Assembly (NCBI RefSeq): GCF_003018255.1
Contig: NZ_CP027440.1
DNA from: Escherichia coli
GTDB taxonomy: Bacteria > Pseudomonadota > Gammaproteobacteria > Enterobacterales > Enterobacteriaceae
DNA: 64,000 nucleotides
Strand: one strand, 5' to 3'
How positions within the stretch are numbered: position 1 is the first letter of the stretch; each line of letters begins with the position of its first letter. The notes beneath the pieces were generated by a model, which was not told where the DNA came from, did no database searches, and saw nothing but the letters and a program-made list of their open reading frames with translations. A program made the translations under genes and the position numbers. Positions 28,904-42,974 of the stretch are shown here, piece after piece.

Positions 28904-29542
28904 GTGAAGCGACCTGCACTCATTCTTATCTGCCTGCTATTACAGGCCTGTTCAGCCACGACTAAAGAGCTGGGCAATTCACTATGGGACAGTCTGTTCG
29001 GTACGCCAGGCGTACAGCTGACGGACGATGATATTCAAAATATGCCCTACGCCAGCCAGTACATGCAGCTTAATGGCGGGCCGCAGTTATTTGTGGTGCT
29101 GGCCTTCGCTGAAGACGGACAACAAAAATGGGTCACTCAGGATCAGGCCACCCTTGTCACACAACATGGTCGTCTGGTGAAGACTTTGCTTGGCGGCGAC
29201 AACCTGATTGAAGTGAATAACCTTGCCGCCGACCCGCTGATTAAACCCGCACAAATCATTGATGGTGCAACCTGGACGCGCACGATGGGCTGGACCGAGT
29301 ACCAGCAGGTACGCTACGCCACCGCGCGCTCAGTCTTCAAATGGAATGGCACCGATACCGTCAAAGTCGGCAGCGATGAAACCCCGGTTCGCGTGCTGGA
29401 CGAAGAAGTCTTCACTGACCAGGCGCGCTGGCATAACCGCTATTGGATCGACAGCGAAGGGCAAATTCGCCAGTCGGAACAGTATCTCGGCGCGGATTAC
29501 TTCCCGGTGAAAACCACCCTCATCAAGGCGGCAAAACAATGA
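28904..29542 (+). CDS. yjbF: Lipoprotein YjbF
   Basis: ORF-track 28874..29542; start moved to the GTG giving (M)KRPALILICLLLQACSATTKE, a lipoprotein signal with lipobox LLQAC (212 aa). Confidence 0.8.
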   Translation: MKRPALILICLLLQACSATTKELGNSLWDSLFGTPGVQLTDDDIQNMPYASQYMQLNGGPQLFVVLAFAEDGQQKWVTQDQATLVTQHGRLVKTLLGGDNLIEVNNLAADPLIKPAQIIDGATWTRTMGWTEYQQVRYATARSVFKWNGTDTVKVGSDETPVRVLDEEVFTDQARWHNRYWIDSEGQIRQSEQYLGADYFPVKTTLIKAAKQ

Positions 29543-30276
29543 TTAAACAAACTATTGTCGCGTTGCTTTTGAGTGCGGGGGCGTCATCAGTCTTCGCGGC
29601 GGGAACCGTCAAGGTGTTCAGCAATGGCAGCAGTGAGGCCAAAACGCTGACGGGCGCAGAGCATTTAATCGATCTGGTAGGCCAACCGCGGCTGGCAAAC
29701 AGCTGGTGGCCCGGAGCGGTGATTAGCGAAGAGCTGGCCACGGCGGCTGCATTGCGTCAGCAGCAGGCGTTGCTGACACGGCTGGCAGAACTGGCTGCAG
29801 ATTCCAGCGCTGACGATGCCGCTGCGATTAACGCCTTACGCCAGCAAATTCAGGCGTTGAAGGTGACGGGCAGGCAAAAAATCAATCTTGATCCTGATAT
29901 CGTCCGCGTTGCCGAACGCGGTAACCCGCCGTTGCAGGGCAACTACACGCTGTGGGTCGGAACGCCGCCGTCCACGGTCACGTTGTTCGGGCTTATCAGT
30001 CGTCCTGGCAAGCAGTCATTCACTCCAGGTCGCGACGTGGCGAGCTATCTCTCTGACCAGAGCCTGCTCAGCGGTGCGGATCGCAGCTACGCGTGGGTGG
30101 TTTACCCGGACGGACGCACGCAAAAAGCGCCGGTGGCTTATTGGAACAAGCGTCACGTAGAGCCGATGCCCGGCAGCATTATTTATGTTGGCCTCGCGGA
30201 CTCCGTCTGGAGTGAGACACCTGATGCCCTTAACGCCGACATTCTTCAGACTCTGACGCAGCGGATACCCCAATAA
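29539..30276 (+). CDS. yjbG: Periplasmic protein YjbG
   Basis: ORF-track 29443..30276; start moved to [22 protein letters not shown] (signal peptide, 245 aa); ATGA overlap with the yjbF stop. Confidence 0.82.
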   Translation: MIKQTIVALLLSAGASSVFAAGTVKVFSNGSSEAKTLTGAEHLIDLVGQPRLANSWWPGAVISEELATAAALRQQQALLTRLAELAADSSADDAAAINALRQQIQALKVTGRQKINLDPDIVRVAERGNPPLQGNYTLWVGTPPSTVTLFGLISRPGKQSFTPGRDVASYLSDQSLLSGADRSYAWVVYPDGRTQKAPVAYWNKRHVEPMPGSIIYVGLADSVWSETPDALNADILQTLTQRIPQ

Positions 30277-32372
30277 TGAAAAAAAGACATCTGCTTAGCT
30301 TACTGGCGCTGGGCATTAGCACAGCTTGCTACGGCGAAACATATCCTGCGCCCATTGGTCCGTCGCAATCGGATTTCGGTGGCGTAGGATTATTACAAAC
30401 GCCCACCGCGCGCATGGCGCGGGAAGGGGAGCTGAGCCTGAACTATCGCGATAACGATCAGTACCGTTATTACTCAGCTTCAGTGCAACTCTTCCCGTGG
30501 CTGGAAACAACGCTGCGCTATACCGATGTGCGCACCCGGCAGTACAGCAGCGTCGAAGCGTTCTCTGGTGATCAAACGTATAAAGATAAAGCCTTCGATC
30601 TCAAACTGCGTTTGTGGGAAGAGAGTTACTGGCTGCCGCAAGTGGCGGTTGGTGCGCGGGATATCGGCGGTACGGGGCTGTTCGATGCGGAATATCTTGT
30701 CGCCAGCAAAGCCTGGGGGCCATTCGATTTTACGCTCGGCCTGGGCTGGGGATATCTGGGCACCAGCGGTAATGTGAAAAATCCGCTCTGTTCGGCCAGT
30801 GACAAATATTGCTATCGCGATAACAGCTACAAACAAGCGGGATCTATCGACGGCAGCCAGATGTTCCACGGTCCGGCCTCACTGTTTGGCGGCGTGGAAT
30901 ACCAGACGCCCTGGCAACCGCTGCGCCTGAAACTGGAGTATGAAGGCAATAATTATCAGCAGGATTTTGCCGGTAAGCTGGAGCAAAAAAGTAAGTTTAA
31001 CGTCGGGGCGATTTATCGCGTTACCGATTGGGCCGACGTTAACCTTAGCTATGAACGTGGCAACACTTTTATGTTTGGCGTCACGCTGCGCACCAACTTT
31101 AACGATCTGCGCCCGTCCTACAACGATAACGCCCGCCCGCAATATCAACCGCAACCACAGGATGCCATTTTGCAGCATTCGGTGGTGGCGAATCAGTTAA
31201 CGCTGTTGAAATACAACGCCGGACTGGCCGATCCGCAGATCCAGACGAAAGGCGATACGCTGTATGTCACCGGCGAGCAGGTGAAATATCGTGATTCGCG
31301 TGAAGGGATCATCCGTGCTAATCGGATCGTGATGAACGATCTGCCGGATGGGATCAAAACGATCCGCATTACGGAAAATCGCCTTAACATGCCGCAGGTG
31401 ACGACGGAAACCGATGTCGCCAGCCTGAAAAATCATCTCGGCGGAGAGCCGTTGGGCCACGAAACGACGCTGGCGCAAAAACGCGTCGAGCCAGTGGTTC
31501 CGCAGTCCACCGAGCAGGGCTGGTATATCGACAAATCACGCTTTGATTTCCATATCGATCCGGTGCTGAACCAGTCGGTCGGTGGCCCGGAAAACTTTTA
31601 CATGTATCAGCTGGGCGTGATGGGAACGGCGGATTTGTGGCTGACGGACCATCTGCTGACCACCGGCAGCCTGTTTGCTAACCTTGCCAACAACTACGAC
31701 AAGTTTAACTACACTAATCCACCGCAGGACTCGCACTTACCGCGCGTTCGTACCCATGTGCGCGAGTATGTGCAGAACGATGTCTATGTGAATAACCTGC
31801 AAGCCAACTACTTCCAGCATCTGGGCAACGGCTTCTACGGTCAGGTCTACGGAGGTTATCTCGAAACCATGTTTGGCGGTGCGGGGGCAGAAGTGTTGTA
31901 TCGCCCGCTGGACAGCAACTGGGCGTTTGGTGTGGATGCCAACTACGTTAAACAGCGCGACTGGCGTAGTGCAAAAGATATGATGAAATTCACCGACTAC
32001 AGCGTGAAAACCGGACATCTGACCGCCTACTGGACGCCATCTTTCGCTCAGGATGTGTTAGTGAAAGCGAGCGTCGGGCAGTATCTGGCTGGGGATAAAG
32101 GCGGCACGCTGGAGATCGCCAAACGCTTTGATAGCGGCGTGGTAGTGGGGGGCTATGCCACGATCACGAATGTTTCGAAAGAGGAGTACGGCGAAGGGGA
32201 CTTCACCAAAGGCGTGTATGTCTCTGTACCGCTGGATCTCTTCTCGTCTGGTCCGACACGCAGCCGTGCGGCAATTGGCTGGACGCCGCTGACGCGTGAC
32301 GGTGGTCAGCAACTTGGGCGTAAGTTCCAGTTGTATGACATGACCAGCGACCGTAGCGTCAATTTCCGCTAA
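30276..32372 (+). CDS. yjbH: Outer-membrane lipoprotein YjbH
   Basis: 698-aa ORF with signal peptide and lipobox (LGISTAC); last gene of yjbEFGH; start overlaps the yjbG stop (TAATG). Confidence 0.88.
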   Translation: MKKRHLLSLLALGISTACYGETYPAPIGPSQSDFGGVGLLQTPTARMAREGELSLNYRDNDQYRYYSASVQLFPWLETTLRYTDVRTRQYSSVEAFSGDQTYKDKAFDLKLRLWEESYWLPQVAVGARDIGGTGLFDAEYLVASKAWGPFDFTLGLGWGYLGTSGNVKNPLCSASDKYCYRDNSYKQAGSIDGSQMFHGPASLFGGVEYQTPWQPLRLKLEYEGNNYQQDFAGKLEQKSKFNVGAIYRVTDWADVNLSYERGNTFMFGVTLRTNFNDLRPSYNDNARPQYQPQPQDAILQHSVVANQLTLLKYNAGLADPQIQTKGDTLYVTGEQVKYRDSREGIIRANRIVMNDLPDGIKTIRITENRLNMPQVTTETDVASLKNHLGGEPLGHETTLAQKRVEPVVPQSTEQGWYIDKSRFDFHIDPVLNQSVGGPENFYMYQLGVMGTADLWLTDHLLTTGSLFANLANNYDKFNYTNPPQDSHLPRVRTHVREYVQNDVYVNNLQANYFQHLGNGFYGQVYGGYLETMFGGAGAEVLYRPLDSNWAFGVDANYVKQRDWRSAKDMMKFTDYSVKTGHLTAYWTPSFAQDVLVKASVGQYLAGDKGGTLEIAKRFDSGVVVGGYATITNVSKEEYGEGDFTKGVYVSVPLDLFSSGPTRSRAAIGWTPLTRDGGQQLGRKFQLYDMTSDRSVNFR

Positions 32373-32380
32373 GTCATGGG

Positions 32381-32416
32381 AAAGGTGCCAGTTTTCGCAC
32401 TCACTGGCACCTTTAT
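32381..32416 (+). terminator. Intrinsic terminator after yjbH
   Basis: Hairpin aaaggtgccag...ctggcaccttt followed by attctt. Confidence 0.7.
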
Positions 32417-32418
32417 TC

Positions 32419-32667
32419 TTAATGGCCTGTCGAGCCATCAGGAACGCAGTTCACCCCCGGTTTGCGATCTGGTGTGTAAAGGCGAAAACATTCTGTCTTC
32501 CTGTCCGTCGATATCGGTTGCAGGTCTGGTTGCCTGAGCGACTGGGCCATCATTGGGCTGGAGACATTGCTTTGCGGTAGGTCGGCTTTATCAGCAGTAC
32601 CGAGCGGACCAGCATAAGCAGGAAGAACAGAGACTGATAACATCAAAGCAGCAAAATAAGGCTTCAT
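32419..32667 (-). CDS. yjbT: Small periplasmic protein YjbT
   Basis: ORF-track 32419..32697 (92 aa); start preferred at MKPYFAALMLSVSVLPAYA (signal peptide; GGTGG upstream). The longer start cannot be excluded. Confidence 0.6.
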   Translation of the reverse strand: MKPYFAALMLSVSVLPAYAGPLGTADKADLPQSNVSSPMMAQSLRQPDLQPISTDRKTECFRLYTPDRKPGVNCVPDGSTGH

Positions 32668-32911
32668 TTTTACCACCTTTATCAGGTTACGTTTCATTTG
32701 TTCCAGAGGAACATTGTCGATTTTTCGCGCATTGCTGGTGGCTGGGAATCACCTGAATGGGTGATTTTTTTGGGCTGTGTGTTTTGCCAGATGCGACGTT
32801 GATGGGAGATGCCCACTTAATTGAGCTGAACAAAACATACACAAAAAATATAGATCTCCGTCACATTTTTGCGTTATACAGGAAGCTCGCCACTGTGAAG
32901 GAGGTACTGCT

Positions 32912-33322
32912 ATGACGTCACTCTCTCGTCCGCGCGTGGAGTTTATCTCCACCATTTTGCAGACCGTACTCAATCTTGGCCTGTTGTGCCTCGGCCTGAT
33001 TTTGGTTGTCTTCCTCGGCAAAGAAACGGTGCATCTGGCTGATGTGCTGTTCGCGCCAGAACAAACCAGTAAATATGAGCTGGTAGAAGGGCTGGTGGTT
33101 TACTTTCTCTATTTCGAATTTATCGCGCTGATTGTGAAGTACTTTCAGTCAGGTTTTCACTTCCCGCTACGTTACTTTGTCTATATTGGGATCACCGCCA
33201 TTGTGCGCTTGATCATCGTCGATCATAAATCGCCACTGGATGTGTTGATCTACTCGGCAGCGATCCTGTTACTGGTGATCACCCTGTGGCTGTGTAATTC
33301 GAAACGGCTGAAGCGGGAGTAA
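32912..33322 (+). CDS. psiE: Phosphate-starvation-inducible inner membrane protein PsiE
   Basis: 136-aa ORF starting [34 protein letters not shown], recognised as PsiE; AGGAGG upstream. Confidence 0.93.
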
Positions 33323-33345
33323 AAAAAGGCGCTCCGTGGAGCGCC
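33321..33345. terminator. Terminator between convergent psiE and malG
   Basis: aaaaaaa then hairpin ggcgctcc-gt-ggagcgcc; the A tract gives a T tract on the minus strand, so it mainly serves malG. Confidence 0.7.
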
Positions 33346-33415
33346 GAATAACAGTCACAAGTTGGGATAACGTAAGTTGAGGGTGCAGCGGCATAACATT
33401 GGCAGAACAACATCT

Positions 33416-34306
33416 TTAACCTTTCACACCACCTGCCGTCAGGCCGTTGACCAGCCAGCGTTGAGCCAGCAAGAAGACGATGGTGATCGGTAATGCAGAC
33501 ATCACGGCAGCGGCGGCAAAGTCACCCCACAGGTAGTTTTGCGGGTTGAGGTATTGCTGCATCCCCACGGCCAGGGTGTAGCTGTTTACGTCACGCAGTA
33601 ACAGCGATGCGACCGGAACTTCAGTAATAGCAGCGATAAACGACAGGATGAACACCACCGCCAGAATCGGTACTGACAGCGGCAACAGGACAAGGCGGAA
33701 GGCCTGCCACGGTGTCGCACCATCCAGCGCAGCCGCTTCTTCCAGCGAACTGTCGATGGTTTCGAAATAGCCTTTGATGGTCCAGACATGCAGCGCAATC
33801 CCACCCAGATACGCGAAAATTACGCCGCCGTGAGTATTCAGGCCAATGAATGGAATGTACTCACCCAGACGATCAAACAACGCATACAACGCGACCAGTG
33901 AAAGTACTGCCGGGAACATCTGGAAAATCAGCATTCCTTTCAGCAGCGTCGCTTTGCCTGGAAAGCGCATACGGGCGAAAGCGTAGGCGCAGGTGGTGGA
34001 GAGCGCCACAATGCCAATCGCGGAAATCCCGGCGACCTTTACCGAGTTCCACAGCCATAGCAGTACCGGAAACGGCGGCGGTGTAACGCGACCATCAGCC
34101 TGTTCCACGCTAAAACCTAATGCCAGTTTCCAGTGATCCCAGGAGATTTGCTCCGGGATCAGGCTGCCGGTCGCAAAGTTCCCCTGGCGCAGTGAGATAG
34201 CGACGACCATCAGTAGCGGGAACATAATCGCCGCGATAAAAAGTAGCAGTAGCAGGTGAGTAATAAACAAACGTGTTTTTTGCGATTTCGGTTGGACCAT
34301 TGCCAT
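33416..34306 (-). CDS. malG: Maltose ABC transporter permease MalG
   Basis: 296-aa ORF starting [32 protein letters not shown], recognised as MalG. Confidence 0.96.
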   Translation of the reverse strand: MAMVQPKSQKTRLFITHLLLLLFIAAIMFPLLMVVAISLRQGNFATGSLIPEQISWDHWKLALGFSVEQADGRVTPPPFPVLLWLWNSVKVAGISAIGIVALSTTCAYAFARMRFPGKATLLKGMLIFQMFPAVLSLVALYALFDRLGEYIPFIGLNTHGGVIFAYLGGIALHVWTIKGYFETIDSSLEEAAALDGATPWQAFRLVLLPLSVPILAVVFILSFIAAITEVPVASLLLRDVNSYTLAVGMQQYLNPQNYLWGDFAAAAVMSALPITIVFLLAQRWLVNGLTAGGVKG

Positions 34307-34320
34307 TTTTGTTATCTCCC

Positions 34321-35865
34321 TTAATCAAACTTCATTCGCGTGGCTTTCAGGTTCACTATCGCCAGCGCACCCACCAGCAGGAAGATCAGCGTGGCAATTG
34401 CTGCCGCCAGACCGAAGTCCTGACCCCCGCCGCCTTCAAAAGCGATGCGGTAGGTGTAGTTAACAAGCAGGTCGGTATAACCGGCTGGCGTGGTCGTGCC
34501 AAGACGATCCGGGCCGCCGTTGGTTAACAGTTGAATCAGCACGAAGTTGTTAAAGTTGAAGGCGAAGCTGGCGATCATCAGCGGCGTCAGCGGTTTAATC
34601 AGCAGCGGCAGCGTAATCTTAAAGAAGTTCTGGAACGGACCTGCGCCATCCATTGCTGAGGCTTCATACAAATCGTCCGGAATCGCTTTCAGCAAGCCCA
34701 TGCAGAGGATCATCATGTACGGATAACCCAGCCAGGTATTGACGATAATCAGCATCGTTCGGGCGGTGGTCGGATCGCTGAACCAGGCGGGCTTCACGCC
34801 AAACAGCGCGCTCAACATCATGTTGATCTCACCGAAGCTCTGGTTAAACAACCCTTTGAAAATCAAGATTGAAATGAACGATGGCACCGCATAGGGCAGA
34901 ATCAGCAGGACACGATAGACCGCTTTTCCGCGCAACGCTTCCCACTGCACCAGACACGCCAGAACCATGCCGACCGCCACCGTTAAAAAGACAGTGATCA
35001 GCGAGAACACCACGGTCCAGACGAAAATGGCGAGGAACGGTTTCTGAATGCCTTCGTCGGTGAAGACGCGGGTAAAGTTTTTCCAGCCAGTGGTCACGGT
35101 GTAACCGGGGCTTAGCTTTTCATCGCCCCAGTTGCCGTCGGCGGTAATGGACTGGTAAAAGCCAATTTGGTTATTCGGACGATATTTCACGCCGCTCTGA
35201 TTATTCGTCAACGTGCCGGCACCGTCGAGTGTGTAGAGCGGCTGCGTGCCAGAAAACTGGCGCAGGGAGCTCATCATCACTTTGTTGCCATCTGGCAGAA
35301 TGGCGGTAATGTCACTCAGCGCCTGACGATTCTGGGTAATCACGCGCAGATTCGCGCGTTCGCCTTCGGGCTGGGCGGTCGTTTCTTTCAGTTGCAGTTT
35401 TTGCTCGCCGCCAAATTTAAACGCGTCGGAGAGGTAATTTTTGCCGGTTTCGCCGTCGCTGAGCGCCAGTTGCCACTCATCGCCCGCCGGGTAAAGACCA
35501 AAATTATAGGTTTTGCCTGCTTGCCAGGAGCGATCTAACAACACTTCCTGTGCACGTTCAAAAGTCAGCTGGTTAGTGCTGCTGTAGTTGGTGAAGGCAA
35601 TGGCGATGGTGCAGACCAGAGGGAAGAGGACGAATAATCCCATTCCAGCCATTCCCGGGTAAACATAGCGCCAGGCGTAGGCTTTACGATTGGCGAAAAT
35701 ATACAGCCCCGCTGAACTCAATATCAGCGTGGTAATGGCGAACAGGTATTCCCCTTGTGTGTACATTAAAACAACAAGGTAACCCACCAGCAGGCCGAGC
35801 AGACCTAACACTGACCATTTCAGCGCGTCGCTTTGCCACCAATGTTTCTTTTTAATGACATCCAT
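34321..35865 (-). CDS. malF: Maltose ABC transporter permease MalF
   Basis: ORF-track 34321..35880; start moved to [26 protein letters not shown] (514 aa), the known MalF N-terminus. Confidence 0.95.
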   Translation of the reverse strand: MDVIKKKHWWQSDALKWSVLGLLGLLVGYLVVLMYTQGEYLFAITTLILSSAGLYIFANRKAYAWRYVYPGMAGMGLFVLFPLVCTIAIAFTNYSSTNQLTFERAQEVLLDRSWQAGKTYNFGLYPAGDEWQLALSDGETGKNYLSDAFKFGGEQKLQLKETTAQPEGERANLRVITQNRQALSDITAILPDGNKVMMSSLRQFSGTQPLYTLDGAGTLTNNQSGVKYRPNNQIGFYQSITADGNWGDEKLSPGYTVTTGWKNFTRVFTDEGIQKPFLAIFVWTVVFSLITVFLTVAVGMVLACLVQWEALRGKAVYRVLLILPYAVPSFISILIFKGLFNQSFGEINMMLSALFGVKPAWFSDPTTARTMLIIVNTWLGYPYMMILCMGLLKAIPDDLYEASAMDGAGPFQNFFKITLPLLIKPLTPLMIASFAFNFNNFVLIQLLTNGGPDRLGTTTPAGYTDLLVNYTYRIAFEGGGGQDFGLAAAIATLIFLLVGALAIVNLKATRMKFD

Positions 35866-35885
35866 GGGGTTCTTCCTCATTCCAG

Positions 35886-36008
<123 letters not shown>

Positions 36009-36018
36009 TTTCACAGCA

Positions 36019-37573
<1,555 letters not shown>

Positions 37574-38689
37574 ATGGCGAGCGTACAGCTGCAAAATGTA
37601 ACGAAAGCCTGGGGCGAGGTCGTGGTATCGAAAGATATCAATCTCGATATCCATGAAGGTGAATTCGTGGTGTTTGTCGGACCGTCTGGCTGCGGTAAAT
37701 CGACTTTACTGCGCATGATTGCCGGGCTTGAGACGATCACCAGCGGCGACCTGTTCATCGGTGAGAAACGGATGAATGACACTCCGCCTGCAGAACGCGG
37801 CGTTGGTATGGTGTTTCAGTCTTACGCGCTCTATCCCCACCTGTCAGTAGCAGAAAACATGTCATTTGGCCTGAAACTGGCTGGCGCGAAAAAAGAAGTG
37901 ATTAACCAGCGAGTTAACCAGGTTGCGGAAGTGCTGCAACTGGCGCATTTGCTGGATCGCAAACCGAAAGCGCTCTCCGGTGGTCAGCGTCAGCGTGTGG
38001 CGATTGGCCGTACGCTGGTAGCCGAGCCAAGCGTATTTTTGCTCGATGAACCGCTCTCCAACCTCGATGCTGCACTGCGTGTGCAAATGCGTATCGAAAT
38101 CTCCCGTCTGCATAAACGCCTGGGCCGCACAATGATTTACGTCACCCACGATCAGGTCGAAGCGATGACACTAGCCGACAAAATCGTGGTGCTGGACGCC
38201 GGTCGCGTGGCGCAGGTTGGGAAACCGCTGGAGCTGTACCACTATCCGGCAGACCGTTTTGTCGCCGGATTTATCGGTTCGCCAAAGATGAACTTCCTGC
38301 CAGTAAAAGTGACCGCCACTGCAATCGATCAAGTGCAGGTGGAGCTGCCGATGCCAAATCGTCAGCAAGTCTGGCTGCCGGTTGAAAGCCGTGATGTCCA
38401 GGTTGGAGCCAATATGTCGCTGGGTATTCGCCCGGAACATCTACTGCCGAGTGATATCGCTGACGTCATCCTTGAGGGTGAAGTTCAGGTCGTCGAGCAA
38501 CTCGGCAACGAAACCCAAATCCATATCCAGATCCCTTCCATTCGTCAAAACCTGGTGTACCGCCAGAACGACGTGGTGTTGGTAGAAGAAGGTGCCACAT
38601 TCGCTATCGGCCTGCCGCCAGAGCGTTGCCATCTGTTCCGTGAGGATGGCACTGCATGTCGTCGACTGCATAAGGAGCCGGGCGTTTAA
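37574..38689 (+). CDS. malK: Maltose ABC transporter ATP-binding protein MalK
   Basis: ORF-track 37484..38689; start moved to [44 protein letters not shown] (371 aa). Walker A and ABC signature LSGGQRQR present. Confidence 0.96.
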   Translation: MASVQLQNVTKAWGEVVVSKDINLDIHEGEFVVFVGPSGCGKSTLLRMIAGLETITSGDLFIGEKRMNDTPPAERGVGMVFQSYALYPHLSVAENMSFGLKLAGAKKEVINQRVNQVAEVLQLAHLLDRKPKALSGGQRQRVAIGRTLVAEPSVFLLDEPLSNLDAALRVQMRIEISRLHKRLGRTMIYVTHDQVEAMTLADKIVVLDAGRVAQVGKPLELYHYPADRFVAGFIGSPKMNFLPVKVTATAIDQVQVELPMPNRQQVWLPVESRDVQVGANMSLGIRPEHLLPSDIADVILEGEVQVVEQLGNETQIHIQIPSIRQNLVYRQNDVVLVEEGATFAIGLPPERCHLFREDGTACRRLHKEPGV

Positions 38690-38730
38690 GCACCCCACAA
38701 AACACACAAAGCCTGTCACAGGTGATGTGA

Positions 38731-40101
<1,371 letters not shown>

Positions 40102-40112
40102 TAGCAAAACCT

Positions 40113-40242
<130 letters not shown>

Positions 40243-40338
40243 TAAAAACAGCTTTAAGGGGCGAAAGCCCCTCTGATTATCGGGTTTAGCGCGCTATTGC
40301 CTGGCTACCGCTGAGCTCCAGATTTTGAGGTGAAAACA

Positions 40339-41259
40339 ATGAAAATGAATAAAAGTCTCATCGCTCTCTGTTTATCAGCAGGGTTGCTGGCAAGCGCACC
40401 TGGAATCAGCCTTGCCGATGTTAACTACGTACCGCAAAACACCAGCGACGCGCCAGCCATTCCATCTGCCGCGCTGCAACAACTCACCTGGACACCGGTC
40501 GATCAATCTAAAACCCAGACCACCCAACTGGCGACTGGCGGCCAACAACTGAACGTTCCCGGCATCAGAGGTCCGGTTGCTGCGTACAGCGTCCCGGCAA
40601 ACATTGGCGAACTGACCCTAACGCTGACCAGCGAAGTGAACAAACAAACTAGCGTATTTGCGCCGAACGTGCTGATTCTTGATCAGAACATGACCCCATC
40701 AGCCTTCTTCCCCAGCAGTTATTTCACCTACCAGGAACCAGGCGTGATGAGTGCAGATCGTCTGGAAGGCGTTATGCGCCTGACACCGGCGTTGGGGCAG
40801 CAAAAACTTTATGTTCTGGTCTTTACCACGGAAAAAGACCTCCAGCAGACGACCCAACTGCTCGACCCGGCTAAAGCCTATGCCAAAGGCGTCGGTAACT
40901 CGATCCCGGATATTCCTGACCCGGTTGCTCGTCATACCACCGATGGCTTACTGAAACTGAAAGTCAAAACGAACTCCAGTTCTAGCGTGTTGGTCGGGCC
41001 TCTATTTGGTTCTTCCGCTCCAGCTCCGGTTACGGTAGGCAACACGGCGGCACCAGCTGTGGCTGCACCCGCTCCGGCACCGGTGAAGAAAAGCGAGCCG
41101 ATGCTCAACGACACGGAAAGTTATTTTAATACCGCGATCAAAAACGCTGTCGCGAAAGGTGATGTTGATAAGGCGTTAAAACTGCTTGATGAAGCTGAAC
41201 GCCTGGGGTCGACATCTGCCCGTTCCACCTTTATCAGCAGTGTAAAAGGCAAGGGGTAA
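40339..41259 (+). CDS. malM: Maltose-regulon periplasmic protein MalM
   Basis: ORF-track 40330..41259 begins at a GTG; start moved to MKMNKSLIALCLSAGLLASAPGISLA (signal peptide, 306 aa). Confidence 0.93.
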   Translation: MKMNKSLIALCLSAGLLASAPGISLADVNYVPQNTSDAPAIPSAALQQLTWTPVDQSKTQTTQLATGGQQLNVPGIRGPVAAYSVPANIGELTLTLTSEVNKQTSVFAPNVLILDQNMTPSAFFPSSYFTYQEPGVMSADRLEGVMRLTPALGQQKLYVLVFTTEKDLQQTTQLLDPAKAYAKGVGNSIPDIPDPVARHTTDGLLKLKVKTNSSSSVLVGPLFGSSAPAPVTVGNTAAPAVAAPAPAPVKKSEPMLNDTESYFNTAIKNAVAKGDVDKALKLLDEAERLGSTSARSTFISSVKGKG

Positions 41260-41291
41260 TTACGCCCCACAGTGCTGATTTTGCAACAACT

Positions 41292-41318
41292 GGTGCGTCT
41301 CCTGGCGCACCTTTTTTT
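41292..41318 (+). terminator. malK-lamB-malM operon terminator
   Basis: Hairpin ggtgcg-tctcctgg-cgcacc followed by ttttttt. Confidence 0.85.
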
Positions 41319-41437
41319 CTCCTCCTGTACTATTGTTGCGTTTTTGTTGCGCATTAGTTCACTTAATTTGCTTTACATCTCCCGTAAATATTTTTCTGCG
41401 ATACAATGCCTTTACGTTATGTAACGGAGAGTTCGGC

Positions 41438-41935
41438 ATGTCACACCCCGCGTTAACGCAACTGCGTGCGCTGCGCTATTTTACAGAGATCCCTGCCCTG
41501 GAGCCGCAACTGCTCGACTGGCTGTTGCTGGAAGATTCCATGACAAAACGTTTTGAACAGCAGGGAAAAACGGTGAGCGTGACGATGATCCGCGAAGGGT
41601 TTGTCGAGCAGAATGAAATCCCCGAAGAACTGCCACTGCTGCCGAAAGAGTCTCGTTACTGGTTACGTGAAATTTTGTTATGTGCCGATGGTGAACCGTG
41701 GCTTGCCGGTCGTACCGTCGTTCCTGTGTCAACGTTAAGCGGGCCGGAGCTGGCGTTACAAAAATTAGGTAAAACGCCGTTAGGACGCTATCTGTTCACA
41801 TCATCGACATTAACCCGGGACTTTATTGAGATAGGCCGTGATGCCGGACTGTGGGGGCGACGTTCCCGCCTGCGATTAAGCGGTAAACCGCTGTTGCTAA
41901 CAGAACTGTTTTTACCGGCGTCACCGTTGTACTAA
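41438..41935 (+). CDS. ubiC: Chorismate pyruvate-lyase
   Basis: ORF-track 41333..41935; start moved to [15 protein letters not shown] (165 aa), the known UbiC N-terminus. Confidence 0.93.
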   Translation: MSHPALTQLRALRYFTEIPALEPQLLDWLLLEDSMTKRFEQQGKTVSVTMIREGFVEQNEIPEELPLLPKESRYWLREILLCADGEPWLAGRTVVPVSTLSGPELALQKLGKTPLGRYLFTSSTLTRDFIEIGRDAGLWGRRSRLRLSGKPLLLTELFLPASPLY

Positions 41936-41947
41936 GAGGAAAAAAAT

Positions 41948-42820
41948 ATGGAGTGGAGTCTGACGCAGAATAAGCTGCTGGCGTTTCATCGCTTAATGCG
42001 TACGGATAAGCCAATTGGCGCGTTACTGCTGCTCTGGCCAACATTATGGGCGTTGTGGGTGGCGACACCGGGCGTTCCCCAGCTCTGGATCCTGGCGGTG
42101 TTTGTCGCGGGCGTCTGGCTGATGCGCGCTGCTGGTTGCGTGGTGAATGATTATGCTGACCGCAAGTTTGATGGTCATGTTAAGCGCACGGCGAACCGAC
42201 CACTTCCCAGCGGTGCGGTAACAGAGAAAGAGGCGCGCGCGCTGTTTGTAGTGCTGGTATTGATTTCATTTTTACTGGTGCTGACGCTGAATACGATGAC
42301 TATTCTGTTGTCGATTGCCGCGCTGGCGCTGGCGTGGGTATACCCATTTATGAAGCGGTATACCCATCTACCGCAAGTGGTGCTGGGCGCGGCGTTTGGC
42401 TGGTCGATTCCAATGGCTTTTGCTGCTGTGAGTGAGTCGGTGCCATTGAGTTGCTGGTTAATGTTCCTCGCCAATATTCTCTGGGCGGTGGCATACGACA
42501 CGCAGTATGCGATGGTTGACCGTGATGATGATGTGAAGATTGGCATTAAATCCACCGCAATCCTGTTCGGCCAATACGATAAATTGATTATTGGTATTTT
42601 GCAGATTGGCGTACTGGCGCTGATGGCGATTATCGGTGAGTTAAATGGCTTAGGCTGGGGATATTACTGGTCAATTCTGGTGGCTGGCGCGCTGTTTGTT
42701 TATCAACAAAAACTGATTGCCAACCGCGAGCGTGAAGCCTGCTTTAAAGCATTTATGAATAATAACTATGTTGGTCTGGTACTGTTTTTAGGGCTGGCAA
42801 TGAGTTACTGGCATTTCTGA
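41948..42820 (+). CDS. ubiA: 4-hydroxybenzoate octaprenyltransferase
   Basis: 290-aa polytopic membrane protein with the UbiA prenyltransferase motif NDYADRKFD; immediately downstream of ubiC. Confidence 0.95.
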
Positions 42821-42826
42821 TGATGT

Positions 42827-42851
42827 AAAAAAGCCGGATGATCATCCGGCT
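42827..42851. terminator. Bidirectional terminator between ubiA and plsB
   Basis: aaaaaa then perfect palindrome agccggatgatcatccggct; the A tract gives a T tract on the minus strand for plsB. Confidence 0.75.
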
Positions 42852-42863
42852 TCCTTCTGGGTT

Positions 42864-42964
42864 GCCTGATGCGCTGCGCTTCTCAGGCCTACACAACATA
42901 TCGCAATTTATTGAATTTGCAGATCATGGTAGGCCGAATAAGGCGTTTGCGCCGCATCCGGCAA
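42864..42964. repeat. REP elements downstream of plsB
   Basis: gcctgatgcgctgcgcttctcaggcctac and gtaggccgaataaggcgtttgcgccgcatccggcaa. Confidence 0.85.
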
Positions 42965-42974
42965 TTCTCCCTGA

